Source of the DNA: Phyllobates terribilis
Lineage: Eukaryota
DNA length: 64,000 nucleotides
Direction of reading: 5' to 3'
Assembly (NCBI RefSeq): GCF_046119375.1
Contig: NW_027362767.1
Location: forward strand, 243,908,001-243,972,000
Shown here one piece after another: positions 12,479-24,699 of this stretch. A program made the position numbers and the translations under genes. Position 1 is the first letter of the stretch. Every line of letters begins with the position of its first letter. The notes below the pieces were generated by a model that searched no databases, had not been told where the DNA came from, and worked only from the letters and a program-made list of their open reading frames with translations.

Positions 12479-13615
12479 GTGAGTGTCTCTACTTTCCAAA
12501 TTCACAAGTATTAGCACCCCTGTTCTTTTAAGGCAAACTGTTACTATGTGTCAGGTGTTGGGTGTGATTATATCCCATAAGCGGGCGTCTGCGTAGCTCT
12601 AGGGCAGGGGTTCCCCTGTGTTGCAAAACTACCAACCGCACCATCACACTCCAGCTGGAGAGCCACAGGCTGCAGACCACTGCTTAGTATTATACCAATT
12701 AAAGGGGTAAGTCTATAGGAATTTCCTAATTAAAGGGGTTTGCCTATTTTAAAAAGTGATGGTATATTTCTAGGATATTCCATCAATTTATGATCAGTCG
12801 TGGTCCCACACAGGTTTTGACCTCTGCACTGCGCAGCGGCCTCCCGCTGTGCACAGCGCTATACCACTGCATAATGTAACGCTGGAAAATGCCAAATTAG
12901 TTCTAGTTTTCTTCTTTGTTTTTTTCAGGATCCATATGGGTCCCAGAGGTCAGATGTCCGCCAATCATAAAGTGGTGGTGTTTTCCTAACAATATGCCAT
13001 CTTTTTACAAAACAAAAAGGCCCCTTTTTAAAGAAAATGTAGAACGACTTTCTTTCCCAACCCATGTCAAAATTGCTCCATTCTACATAGTCAAAAACAC
13101 AGTACCCCACGCCCTCCTCCCCCAGTTGATTTTTAATATAGACGTTAATACAACTGCTGCAAAGTAACCGTCTCATTATTTGGCTATTTTTATCAGCTGG
13201 AGCATTTTCTATAAGGGATTTTAATAATTAAAGCTGTTCGATATTTTCTTACTTGGCAAGTCGATAACCCGACCTGTTCTCCCTTCCGGGAACAGTCAGT
13301 AGTTTTCATGTAATTAGAGTAAATTCTGCTTGTGAATGAATAGGGCTTTTCGGCGCGGCTTTCCGTCCTGCGGCTTTTCTGCCTGTTTCAAAACTACACC
13401 TCCCAGCAAGCCCCGTCAATTTTATACCCTGCTCCTTTACTGCGTTACCCATGACTTTATAAAACGGGAATACCCCTTTAATAATCCACCTGACCTTACC
13501 TGACATAGGGGGCAAATATTCAGGACATTGGGGTTTTGGGTGGTCTTGGACCACTTTGTATTTGACCAGCATCAGAACTTTCCCTTTAAAATTAACTCAT
13601 TTCTCTGCTCCTTAG

Positions 13616-13891
13616 ATTGAGAACCTACCGCCGGAGCTTTTCCAGTGCAAGAAACTTCGTACACTGAATCTAGGGAACAATGGCCTGCAGTCTCTGCCCT
13701 CCCGGGTGGGAGAGCTCACCAATCTGGCCCAGATGGAGCTGCGGGGCAACAGACTGGAGTGTCTTCCCGTGGAGCTCGGGGAATGCCACCTCCTAAAACG
13801 CAGCGGACTCGTGGTTGAGGAGGATCTGTTCAACACTTTGCCTCTGGAGGTGAAGGAGAAGTTAACCAGAGCGGACAAGGAACCCGTGTGA
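13616..13891 (+). CDS. LRRC8A: LRRC8A last coding exon (IENLPPELFQCKKL...RADKEPV*); full protein 808 aa
   Basis: Acceptor ttctctgctccttag at 13615; phase 0; matches the LRRC8A C-terminal LRRs (ELRGNRLECLPVELGEC, SGLVVEEDLFNTLP); TGA at 13889-13891. Confidence 0.97.
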   Translation: MENLPPELFQCKKLRTLNLGNNGLQSLPSRVGELTNLAQMELRGNRLECLPVELGECHLLKRSGLVVEEDLFNTLPLEVKEKLTRADKEPV

Positions 13892-14696
13892 GAAGAAGCC
13901 AAGTCAAGGGGAATCCTTATGAGAAGTTGGCACTGGGGGGTGGTCGGGGGTATCTGCTGATTCTCAATACACAGTAGTGAGCCCTGATGAGCACTGAACA
14001 CAGCGTTCTGGCATCTGTCCTATGGGGGCTCGCATACTGGATGACCCTGGAAGGGAAGGAAGGTCGCCACCCATTCCTGTTCTGCACAGACGTCCTATCT
14101 CCAGGCGGACAGCTTTAACTTAGTAGTCATTACCGTCATCCCGTGCTTCTTCCTCTACTGCTATTCTTAGGAAGGGCTCTCGGTGCTTTTATTTCATATG
14201 CGTTTATCGCCTCCATTTTATTTTTTCCACCAATTTTCATTATTTTGTTTTTTTTTTACATGACCCAATCCCTACAGAGCCTTCATGTAAATGTTCTCAT
14301 CGCTCCAGCTAAGCTCTTTGTGACTAACTTACATAGCGGACCACTGTGCCAAAGCGTGGGAATCCGATATTAACCAAGTGCCCCCTGTTCTGGTTATACA
14401 CGGGTGATGGCGAGGACGGGCAGCACAACGCATGTCTCCTTCAGCTGTGTAATGCAGACATCACTTACACTGAGTGTATACATAGCTATTTATACACAGA
14501 CCACACACGTGTAGATTTTTCCATTAGTGTTAAAATATTTCAAGGAACACTCCGAGGAAAAATTCTAAGGTCTTATACCCAGCGCAGAGCATGAAACGTG
14601 GGGCTTTTCTGAATGCCGGTGTCTTGTATCACCCCCTTTAGTCCCATCACAGGGCATAACTCAGCATATCTGTTTGGACCGCCTTAACCGCCACAT

Positions 14697-15668
14697 TTAA
14701 AGGGAACCCATCTGGAGAACAAGGCTGGCCACACATAGGGCAGAGGGAAATACAGACGGGCGCCTTCATAACAAAGCACTGCTTTCACTGCGGCATTTGA
14801 GAGAAAACAAGAGTTTGATGATGGAGCTGGGTCCACCAGGCGTTTCCCTCTGTTCTACAGGCCCTTTCTAGGCGGTTTGCCAGCTGTCTGTCTGTGAAAG
14901 GGGAGAGGCCTTTCAGTTGAGTAGGGGCAAGAAGGAGACACCAAAAATACTTTCTGCCCTCTGCATGGATTCCTTCCCCACCCCACCCCCCTACTCCCAC
15001 CACTTGTACTGTTGCCCCCCCCTCTCCCTACTCCCTCCGCGTGGACTGTTCTCTCCCCCCCCCCCACCTTCTTCCACCACGTGGATTGTTCACCCCACCC
15101 CTTCTGCCACTGTGCAGACTGTTCGGCACCCCTCCCTACTCCCACCGCGCGGGCTGCTCGCCCCTTCCTACTCCCACCGCGCGGGCTGCTCGCCCCTTCC
15201 TACTCCCACCGCGCGGGCTGCTCGCCCCTTCCTACTCCCACCGCGCGGGCTGCTCGCCCCTTCCTACTCCCACCACGCGGGCTGCTCGCCCCTCCCTACT
15301 CCCACCACGCGGGCTGCTCGCCCCTCCCTACTCCCACCGCGCGGGCTGCTCGCCCCTCCCTACTCCCACCGCGCGGGCTGCTCGCCCCTCCCTACTCCCA
15401 CCGCGCGGGCTGCTCGCCCCTCCCTACTCCCACCGCGCGGGATGCTCGCCCCATCCCCTCCCCCCACTCGTTCACGCCCCCCCCCTTACTCCCGCTGCGC
15501 GGACAGTTCCTGGACACTTTCTCTTTTATTTCAATGACTCTCCTTCCATACAGTTTTCACCTAAATGCCGCAGTGTTTCAGGTTAAAACTTACCAATTAA
15601 TAACTAGAGTACGGCGCCTGTCTGGATATGATGCTTCTTGTGGCTTAGACGGACTAATTCTCCTTTAA
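14697..15668. mobile_element. T2/Kolobok-type MITE carrying a 32-bp GC-rich minisatellite
   Basis: TTAAAGGGAA... and ...TTCTCCTTTAA ends with TTAA at both sides. Confidence 0.55.
15130..15445. repeat. 32-bp minisatellite (ctactcccaccgcgcgggctgctcgccccttc), about 10 copies
   Basis: Period of 32 measured at 15136/15168; the ORF translations repeat every 32 aa. Confidence 0.93.
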
Positions 15669-17598
15669 GGCTTTAAACAGAAGCAAATATCTGCAGTAAG
15701 TTCCCAGCTGCAGGCCCCCGATAGTGCACCTGCCCCATTGTGCCGGAGGCGCCTCCATACTACAGACCAGCATGTTATCTCCACCAGGCCCCTCTGCTTT
15801 ACACTAGATAGGAGGATCTTAGCTGATATATTGACCATGTTAACCCCTCCACACAGCAGATGATGCAGCCCTAATCCGGCGGCCATGTCATCCTATACAT
15901 TGCCAAACATCTATGTCTGCACGGAGGGTGGGCGTCCCATCCTTATCACGACCTTTCAACTGTGTTTTCTGCGTTTTTTTATTTTTTTTATTTTCTCACC
16001 ATGGACATTTCATTATTTTTTTTTTTTTTGTATTTTAAAGGGACGGTGCAATGAAAATGTGCCTGCTCACCTCACCACAATGTCTCCTTATATCTTTTTG
16101 ATGAGGTTATTGCACACATTTGACTGTTACCGCAATTTAAGGCTGTTTTTGTTGCTTTCGCCCATATTTTGTGTATTGTATTTATTAGTTTAGTTTTCCG
16201 CTTTGACGCCTTAGTTTTGTTTTCCGCCATCAGCGATGTGCCTGTTGCATGACATCCTGCAGTCCAAAGACTTGATCTTTCCGCCGCGGCGCTGCGTTAA
16301 TGTCTTCCATACCCTGAAGATGATCAAGAGAATTGCGCCATTCATCCACTGCGTTATATGTTCGTACGTCACCCCCAGGAGCTTTCTAGCTCGTTACGTT
16401 CGTCCGCCTGCATCAGGCGGCGGTTTTTGTTTATTTTTTTCTTAACGGACCTTTTTGTTTGTTCTGGCTTCAAGAAAAAAAATGTACCTGTAAGTCACTC
16501 ATCCTTCATGTTCGCATAGATCTCAAGTAAAATTATACTTTTAGTCCAAATTATTTTTCGGGTTGAGATTTACTTTCCAAAAAGAAGGGGGGACATATGC
16601 AGATTTATGGCTCCCTTTGCACAAAAAAAAACCCTGATTTATGTTTTGGACACTTATGTAGATGGGAGGGGGAACACCTTTTAAATGGATATTGTTGGAT
16701 AGAGCTTGAAACAACGAGCAATTTTGCAACTTACTGCTTGTTAAAATTGTCATCCGTTCTTCAGATATTAACACTTTTTTATTTACAGCACATTGCCTTG
16801 GAAACCGACCACTACTGCTAGACAGCAGATCATGCGCAGTGCTAACAAGCTCTTTTCTGCTGAGCTTGTAGGCACTGCTTTGAAGCTGGAGCGCACAGTG
16901 TTGCCTCTTAATCCCAGCCAGCTTCAGTGCAGTGCTTACAAGCTAGAAAGCAGTGGTGTTCAGTCTCCTAGGCAACATGTTGTAAACAAAAGAAAAGTAT
17001 TAATATCTCAAGAACGGCTGCAAATTCTACTCTCATTTTTACAGGTTTTGGAAACATCGGGAGGTGAATACTACTCTCAACATTGTCCCCTGCTGGCGCT
17101 GATCGCAGCATAAGCAGAGGACAATGATGACAGATGACTTCAGCACCCGTCACTTGGGAACAGCACTAACTGTGCTGCTGATTCCCAGGCGCCGGTACGT
17201 GTGATCCTGATGCGGCACCCATATGCCACACAGGTGGACACGGACACGGATATCTCTGGTACTGTTTTTTCCAGTACCGGAAATATCACGACTTGTGAAA
17301 CCGGCCTTACAAGTATATAAATCTAGTTTTGTTAGCAAGTGGGTGTGGTCCTCGGGACCACACTCATAGAGAAGTGACATCCACACCCTCTTGGCTACAA
17401 AAGACTAGATACTAGATATACAGAGAAGAAGTGGTCGTATCTCAGGAACGGAGAGGCGCAGGAACAAAAGAAAAACAACGCCGGATTCAGGAGAACAGCG
17501 GCATTTACACCAGAGGAAAAAATTACATATATATGGCAAGTGACAGGTTTTGTTTAGATGCTTCTCTCCACACAGCCTTTGTCTTTAGGGCTCTAATA

Positions 17599-19089
17599 CA
17601 GGGGTCCTCAAACTCCGGCCTGCCGGTCTGTGGGCAGAGGAGAGCGGTGTCAGCGCCCGCCCTTCCCCCCGCTTTCTCAGAGCCCCGGCAGCCGGATACT
17701 TACCTCTCCCTGTGCCTTCGCAGATCCGCTGTCTTCCTGGTCTGCGCTCCCTGTGACATCTCAGGTCAGAGGGCGCGGTGACGTCTTTACACCGCGCCCT
17801 CCCGAGTGCCGTCACAGGGAGCGCAGAGATGGACAACGCCGCCGCGACGCTGGAGTCCGGACCTGAGCAGCGGCAGCAGGCAAGGAGGGAGGTGAGTATT
17901 GGATTTTTTTTTTTTTAAATGTATGGAGGCATGGGACATAATATTAGGGGTGACATCCTGCATGTGGCATTATATGGGGGGGTGACATCCTGAATGGGGC
18001 ATTATATGGGGGGGGTGACATCCTGAATGGGGCATTATATGGGGGGGTGACATGCTGCATGGGGCATTATATGGGGGGGTGACATGCTGCATGGGGCATT
18101 ATATGGGGGGGTGACATCCTGAATGGGGCATTATATGGGGGGGTGACATCCTGAATGGGGCATTATATGGGGGGGGGACATCCTGAATGGGGCATTATAT
18201 GGGGTGGTGACATGCTGCATGGGGCATTATATGGGGGGGGTGACATCCTGAATGGGGCATTATATGGGGGGGACGACATCCTGAATGGGGCATCATATGG
18301 GGGGGTGACATGCTGCATGGGGCATTATATGGGGGGGGGTGACATCCTGAATGGGGCATTATATGGGGGGAGGGTGACATCCTGAATGGGGCATTATATG
18401 GGGGGAGGGTGACATCCTGAATGGGGCATTATATGGGGGGAGGGTGACATCCTGAATGGGGCATTATATGGGGTGGGTGACATCCTGAATGGGGCATTAT
18501 ATGGGGGGGGTGACATCCTGAATGGGGCATTATATGGGGGGGGGTGACATCCAGCATGGGGCATTATATGGGGGGGGGGTGACATGCTGCATGGGGCATT
18601 ATATGGGGGGTGACATCCAGCATGGGGCATTATATGGGGGGGGGTAACATCCTGAATGGGGCATTATAAAGACAGGGGAGTCATATCTTGCACGGGGCAT
18701 TATATGGTGGGAGAAAGGGAAATCCTGCATGGGGCATTATAAGGGGGAAACAGCCTGCCTATTGGGGACCTATGCTGCCTATTGGGGACATTTACCTGCC
18801 TATTGGGGACCTATGCTGCCTATTGGGTACATTTACCTGCCTATTGGGGACCTATGCTGCCTATTGGGTACAGTTACCTACTTATTGAAATACCGGTTGA
18901 TTTAACTTTACTTGTCCTTCATTTTAAATATTGTATTTGTTCCTGTATTGTTTTTTTTACTACAAAATAAGATATGCGCAGTGTGCATAGGAATTTGTTT
19001 ATAGTTTTTTTTAAAAACTATATTCCGGCCCTCCAATGGTCTGAGGGACCGTGAACTGGCCCCCTGTTTAAAAAGTTTGAGGACCCCTG
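17599..19089. mobile_element. hAT (Charlie-type) non-autonomous element with internal minisatellites
   Basis: 16-bp TIR CAGGGGTCCTCAAACT / AGTTTGAGGACCCCTG; perfect 8-bp TSD CTCTAATA at 17591-98 and 19090-97. Confidence 0.93.
17950..18665. repeat. G-rich 32-35-bp minisatellite (ggggcattatatgggggggtgacatcctgaat), about 21 copies, followed by a 20/21-bp gcctattgggga repeat at 18755-18880
   Basis: Direct tandem periodicity. Confidence 0.92.
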
Positions 19090-20598
19090 CTCTAATACAT
19101 GGTGCGTGGAGGCATACGAGAATGCACGGACTGTATTGCATGTGGTGTCTTTATGCTCCTCTGTGATGGACACTGGGGCCAATTCTAGGGAAGAATTCCA
19201 CCAAAATACATCTGTACTATATCGGCCATAGAGTTCTATAGGAGCCGTACACAATCAGGTCATTGAGGCCTTGGATGCTATCAAACCTAGAGTGGGAATG
19301 GACTGAAAATCCTAATTAACAGGATATTTGTGCAAAGCAAACAGTAGTAATGTCAGGAGGCCGGAGCCCCTCTCTTGTACAACAGTGTCGCTGACTGTCC
19401 AACTCGGGACAATAATCAGTACCTGAATAGTGTCTGAGGGAGAGACCTGTTCTCCATATTGGATCTTGAGACAGGTAGAGAGACCATAGGTTTAAACTTA
19501 ATGGGTTTTCCTCTTTATAACAAACAGCACCCCTCTTATCCATAGTCTATGCTACCTATTGCAGCTCCCATCCAAGAGATGAGCTGATCACTGTAGGCCC
19601 AGCTGCTGGAACCAGCTCTAGTGTGTAGTAGGTTTATGTACCACCATATAATACATAGTCACTTTGAGATCGCTGACTAATACAGGGGACCCACGTTTGA
19701 TGTAATAGGGCAATAAAGAGGTTCTCCCATAAACATATATTGCCTATCCACAGGGTAGAAGATACATTCATGATCGCTGGCGGTTTGGCTATTGAGACTC
19801 CCATCGATCCCAAAAACAGGTGTCTTAAAGCCCCGTGTGTGAAAGGAGCGGTAGTGAGCATGTGTGACCATCACTCCATTCATGGTCTATAGGTGGTGGT
19901 CGCACATGCTCACTACTGCTCTGCTCACACAAGGACTTTGGGCCCCCATTTTCGGGATCGGTGAGGGTCTCAGCCCCCTCATATATTGCTCACATATCAT
20001 TAGATAGGTGATTCATCTTGTTCATGGGATGTGCCCTTTAAAGGGGTTGTGCCCCAATGCTGTGGAGACTAGTTGAGAGCGAGTTGAGCACCCCTTTGGC
20101 ACTGCTCCGAGACATCCACTGTTGCAAATCCCAATACAAGGTTGGATATTGCCTGACAAAGCTGAAGGGGATCAAAGTGGCCCCTTTTTGTCTTGAGATT
20201 GGTAGACATTCTTGTTCATGACCCCCACTATTTAACATATCAGGATTTTATTTGGTGTTCCCCTTTATCAAAGAAACATAGAATGTTAGAGTTGGAAGGG
20301 ACCTCCGGGGTCATCGTGTCCAACCCCCTGCTCAATGCAGGATTCACTAAACTATCTCACACAGATGTCTGTCCAGTCTCTGAAGACTTCCATTGGAGAA
20401 CTCGCCACCTCTCGTGGCCGCCTGTTCCACTCATCGATCACCCTGTCAAAAAGTTTTTTCTAATCTGTATCTTCTCCCTTTGTTTCACTCCATTGCTTCT
20501 CTTGTTTCCATGTGCAAATGAGAATAAGGATGGTCCCTCTACAATGTGACAGCCCTTCAGATATTTGTGACATCACTTCAGATATTTGTAGACCGCTA

Positions 20599-21150
20599 TT
20601 AAAGGGTTTTTCCCACAAACAAAAGTTCATTTTAATCAATAGATCTTGGAATAATAATAAGTTCCACAATTGGATGTGATTAAATAAAATGTTCCTGTGC
20701 TGAGATAATCTTATAAATGTGTCCCTGCTGTGTACTGTGTAATGGCTGTGTCTGACCGTGCAGGAACATGGTCTGATCATACCACATCTCCTGGGCAGGG
20801 GAGGAAGCAAAAGAGTATACAGACATTACAGCGGGGGAGCACAGCTGATTCTTTCTTTACAGTAAAACATTGCTTTAAAACATTCAGGGAAATGTTTTGC
20901 TTCACAAAAAGAATCAGCTGTGATCCCCCGCTGTAATGTCTGTATACTCTTGCTTCCTCCCCTGCGTTTACGCAAAATTAATTGACATGCTGCGGATTTT
21001 TACGCGGAAAAATCCGCATCATGGGCACAGGACATGCGGATTTCAATTGGGGAACATTGCTGCCCTTCTACCATGCGTTTTTAATGCGTTTCCGCAACTG
21101 CAAAAACGCCGCGGAAACGCATTAAATACGCATCGTGTGAACTCAGCCTT
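20599..21150. mobile_element. Left part of a T2-type MITE joined to the right part of a Harbinger-type MITE (deletion junction ~20960)
   Basis: Starts TTAAAGGGTTTTTCCC with internal inverted arms; ends gtgtgaactcagcc-tta. Confidence 0.6.
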
Positions 21151-21369
21151 AGCCTTCTTTTTTGCAAGCTAAACATTCCCAGATCCTTTAACCATTCCTC
21201 GTAGGACATAGTTTGCAAGTCCCTTCACCATCCTGGTAGCTCTTCTCTGAATTTGCTCCAGTTTTTTTATGCCTTTTTTTTTTTTAAATGGTGCCCAGAA
21301 CTGGACACAGTATTTGAGATGCGGCCTGACAAAGGATGATCAGTGGGTGATCTAGACACTATGCTTCCC

Positions 21370-24300
21370 TTAACCCCTTTAACCTCAAAGGTTAAAGGGG
21401 TTAATGACCAGGCAATTTTTTCAATTCTGACCACTGTCACTTTATGAGGTAATTACTCTGGAACGCTTAAACGGATCCCCCTGATTCTGAGATTTGTTTT
21501 TTCGTGACATATTGTACTTCATGATAGTGGTAAAATTTCTTCGATATCACTTGCGTTTATTTGTGAAAATATTGGAAATTTGGCGACTATTTTGAAAATT
21601 TCACAATTTTCAAACTTTGAATTTTCATGCCCTTTAATCAGAGAGATATGTCACACAAAATAGTTAATAAATAACATTTCCCACATGTCTACTTTACATC
21701 AGCACAATTTTGGAACCATTTTTTTTTTTTTTTGTTAGGAAGTTATAAGGGTTATAACAGCGATTTCTCATTTTTCCAACAAAATTTACAAAATCAATTT
21801 TTTTAGGAACCACATCACATTTGAAGTGACTTTGAGGAGCCTTTATGACAGAAAATACCCAAAAGTGACACCATTCTAAAAACTGCACCCCTCAAGGTGC
21901 TCAAAACCACATTCAAGAAGTTTATTAACCCTGCAGGTGCTTCACAGGAGTTTTTGGAATGTGGAAGAAAACAATGAACATTTAACTTTGTCACAAAAAT
22001 TTTGCTCTAGATCCAATTTCTGGGCGCACGGCAGGGCTTGGAAGGGAAGGAGCGCCATTTCACTTTTTGAATATAAAATTAATTTGAATAATTAACGGAC
22101 GCCATGTTGCATTTGGGGAACCCCTGATGTGCCTAAACAGTGGAAACCCCCCACAAGTGACACCATTTTGGAAACTACACCTCTCAGGGAACTTATCTAG
22201 ATGTGTGTCAGCACCTTGAACCCCCGATTCTTCACAGAAGTTTATAACGTAGAGCCATGAAAATAGAATCAAACTTTTTCCACAAATATGATCTTTTAGC
22301 CCTAAATTTTTTATTTTCACAAGGGTAAGAGGAGAAAATGGACCCAAAAAATTGTGCAATTTCTCCTGAGCACGCCAATACCCCATATGTGGGGAAAATA
22401 CACAGTTTGGGCGGACGGCAGAGTTCAGAAGGGAAGGAGCACTGTGCGACTTTTTGAACTCAAACTTGGCTGGAATCGAGAGCGGACGCCATGTCGTGTT
22501 TGGAGAGCCCCCCCTGATGTGCCTAAACAGTGGAAACCCCCCACAAGTGACACCATTTTGGAAACTACACTCCTCAGAGATTTTATCAAGGGGTATAGTG
22601 AACATTTTGAACCCAGAGGTACGACACAGAATTTGATAACATTAGGTCATCATATTGAATAAGTTGTCATTAGTCTTGAACATAAGTGCTCGCTACTTGA
22701 GTTTGCATTGGGTAGTCGGGTGACATGCTCAAGTCCCCGCACCGCATGTTTCACGGTTGTTAGACCCACAAAAAACACAGGCAGGGATTGCTCGTGTATG
22801 GCAGGTAATCCCTGCGCTTTTATTGAGCTGTATAACAGCGCGAATCATATGGAGCGGAGACTTGAGCATGTCACTCCAGCACCCACGATACTCGGTGCAT
22901 ACCCAAGCACTTGATGCAAAGTCAAGTAGCGAGCACTTGCGCTCAACATTAGTCGCCATATTGTCATCATTTTATTTACTTTTAAAAACATCACAACCCT
23001 AACACAACCCTAACCTGAGGGATCCATTCACTATAATGAGGCAGCAGAGTTACTCTGGACTCCGTCTGGCCTCTGTTTAGCTGTGTCCTTTTTTTTTTTT
23101 TTTTTTTTTGCAGAGGTTCACAAAACTGAGGCCAACTGCACTTTTATGCGCGCCTAATAAAAAGACAGACACCGTGGGATCACAGGCCAGATATCATCCA
23201 CGCTGCCTCCATCTGCCTCATTATAGGGAATCTTCCGTCATGGGTTCCGTCTGAATCACGTATTTCAGAGATTTACACGGAAACCCCGGTGTACGCGCTC
23301 TGCACAGAGCGCAGGATAAACATGGGCCGAGCCTGACTGCGATCTTTGGGAGGCAGAATGAACAAATCAGCAGCAGGTGAAGAACTGGTTTTATCTATTT
23401 TTTACACCGTTCCTCGTGCGGTATAAGTGATTAGGCGACTTTATTTTTGGGTTGGTGCGATTACAGCGATACCAAATTTATATTGGGCTATTATGTGTGA
23501 CACACACTTAAAAACACTTATTTTTGCAAAGAATAGTTTTTGCATTGCCATATTTTGAGAGCTATAATTTTTCCATATTTCATGTAAGGCCTTGTTTTTT
23601 GCAGGACAAGCTGACATTTTTATTGGTACCATTTTCAGGCACGTGACTTTTTTGATCGCTTTCTATTCCGATTTTTGGGAGGCAGAATAAACAAAAACCA
23701 ACAATTCAGGAATTATTTTTTGGGGCTTTTTTTTTATGCCGTTCCGCGTATGGTAAAATTGATAAGGCAGCTTTATTCTTCGGGTCAGTACGTTTACAGC
23801 GGTACCACATTTACATAGTTTTTTTTATGTTTTGGCGCTTTTACACAAAAACTATTTTATAGGAAAAAATTTTTTTGCATCGCTTTATTCTGAGAGCTAT
23901 AACTTTATTTTTCGGCTGATGGAGCTGTATGGCGGCTTGATTTTAGCAAGACAAGATGACGTTTTCAGCGGTACCATTTTTATTTACATTCGTCTATTTG
24001 ATCGCATTTTATTCCACTTTTTGTTCGGCGGTATGATGATAAAGCACCGTTTTTTGCTTGTTTTTTTTTTCTTCCGTGTTCACTAAAGGGGTTAACCAGT
24101 TGGACAGTTTTATAGGTTAGGTCGTTCTGGATGCGGTAATACCAAATATGTGTACTTTTATTGTTAATTTTTTCATAATATTTATTTATAAGTACAATAT
24201 ACTATATATAGATAGATATAGATATATATATTATTTTAAAAAATATATTTTCACAACTTTTTTTTTTTTTTACTTTGTCCCACTATGGGACTTTCCCGTT

Positions 24301-24699
24301 CTGCAGGCTGATCGCAGTTATAAGGTATAGCAGTGCAAGATCACTGCTATACCTTGTAACCTGTCAGCCCTGCAGACACAAGCTAGTTTGATCATGCACT
24401 CCGCATGATCAAACTAGCTTGCTAGTGCCTGGTGACGATCGGAACCCTGCGATGACGTTCGCGGGGTCTCCGATCCAAGGTAATAGGGGCTGTTTTTCCT
24501 CTCCCTGCTCCTGAAATTCAGCGATCGACTTCGATTGCAGCTTTTTGGGAGTTAGTGTGCCGGGAGTGGTGCGGAACCGCTCCTGCCACTGAGTGCCGGG
24601 TGTCAGAATCAGATCGCCTGTGCGTAATAGTATGTACCTGGTCCATAAGGCCCAGGGCACAGGGACGTACTATTACTGACAATGTCAGAAAGGGGTTAA
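21370..24699. mobile_element. piggyBac-like non-autonomous element (~3.3 kb) with nested MITEs
   Basis: TTAA-CCCC...GGGG-TTAA ends; TTAA duplicated inside the CR1 host; internal ~400-bp and ~220-bp subrepeats homologous to 44.6-50.4 kb. Confidence 0.8.
22671..22951. mobile_element. Old hAT (Tip100-like) MITE nested in the piggyBac-like element
   Basis: Degenerate TIR tagtcttgaac / gctcaacatta; degenerate 8-bp TSD gttgtcat / gtcgccat. Confidence 0.55.

Noticed and set aside
12479-12514. ORF-track C-terminus VSVSTFQIHKY* of the 728-aa LRRC8A ORF
   Set aside because: Read-through into the intron after the consensus GTGAGT donor; the true C-terminus is the 13616-13891 exon
14917-15668. Pro/Arg-rich ORFs of 181-218 aa
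   Set aside because: Arise from the 32-bp minisatellite (32-aa periodicity in all frames)
16200-16440. CpG-rich unique stretch with box C/D-like words (possible snoRNA or PHYHD1 promoter)
   Set aside because: No correctly ordered C and D boxes with terminal stem; no other support visible
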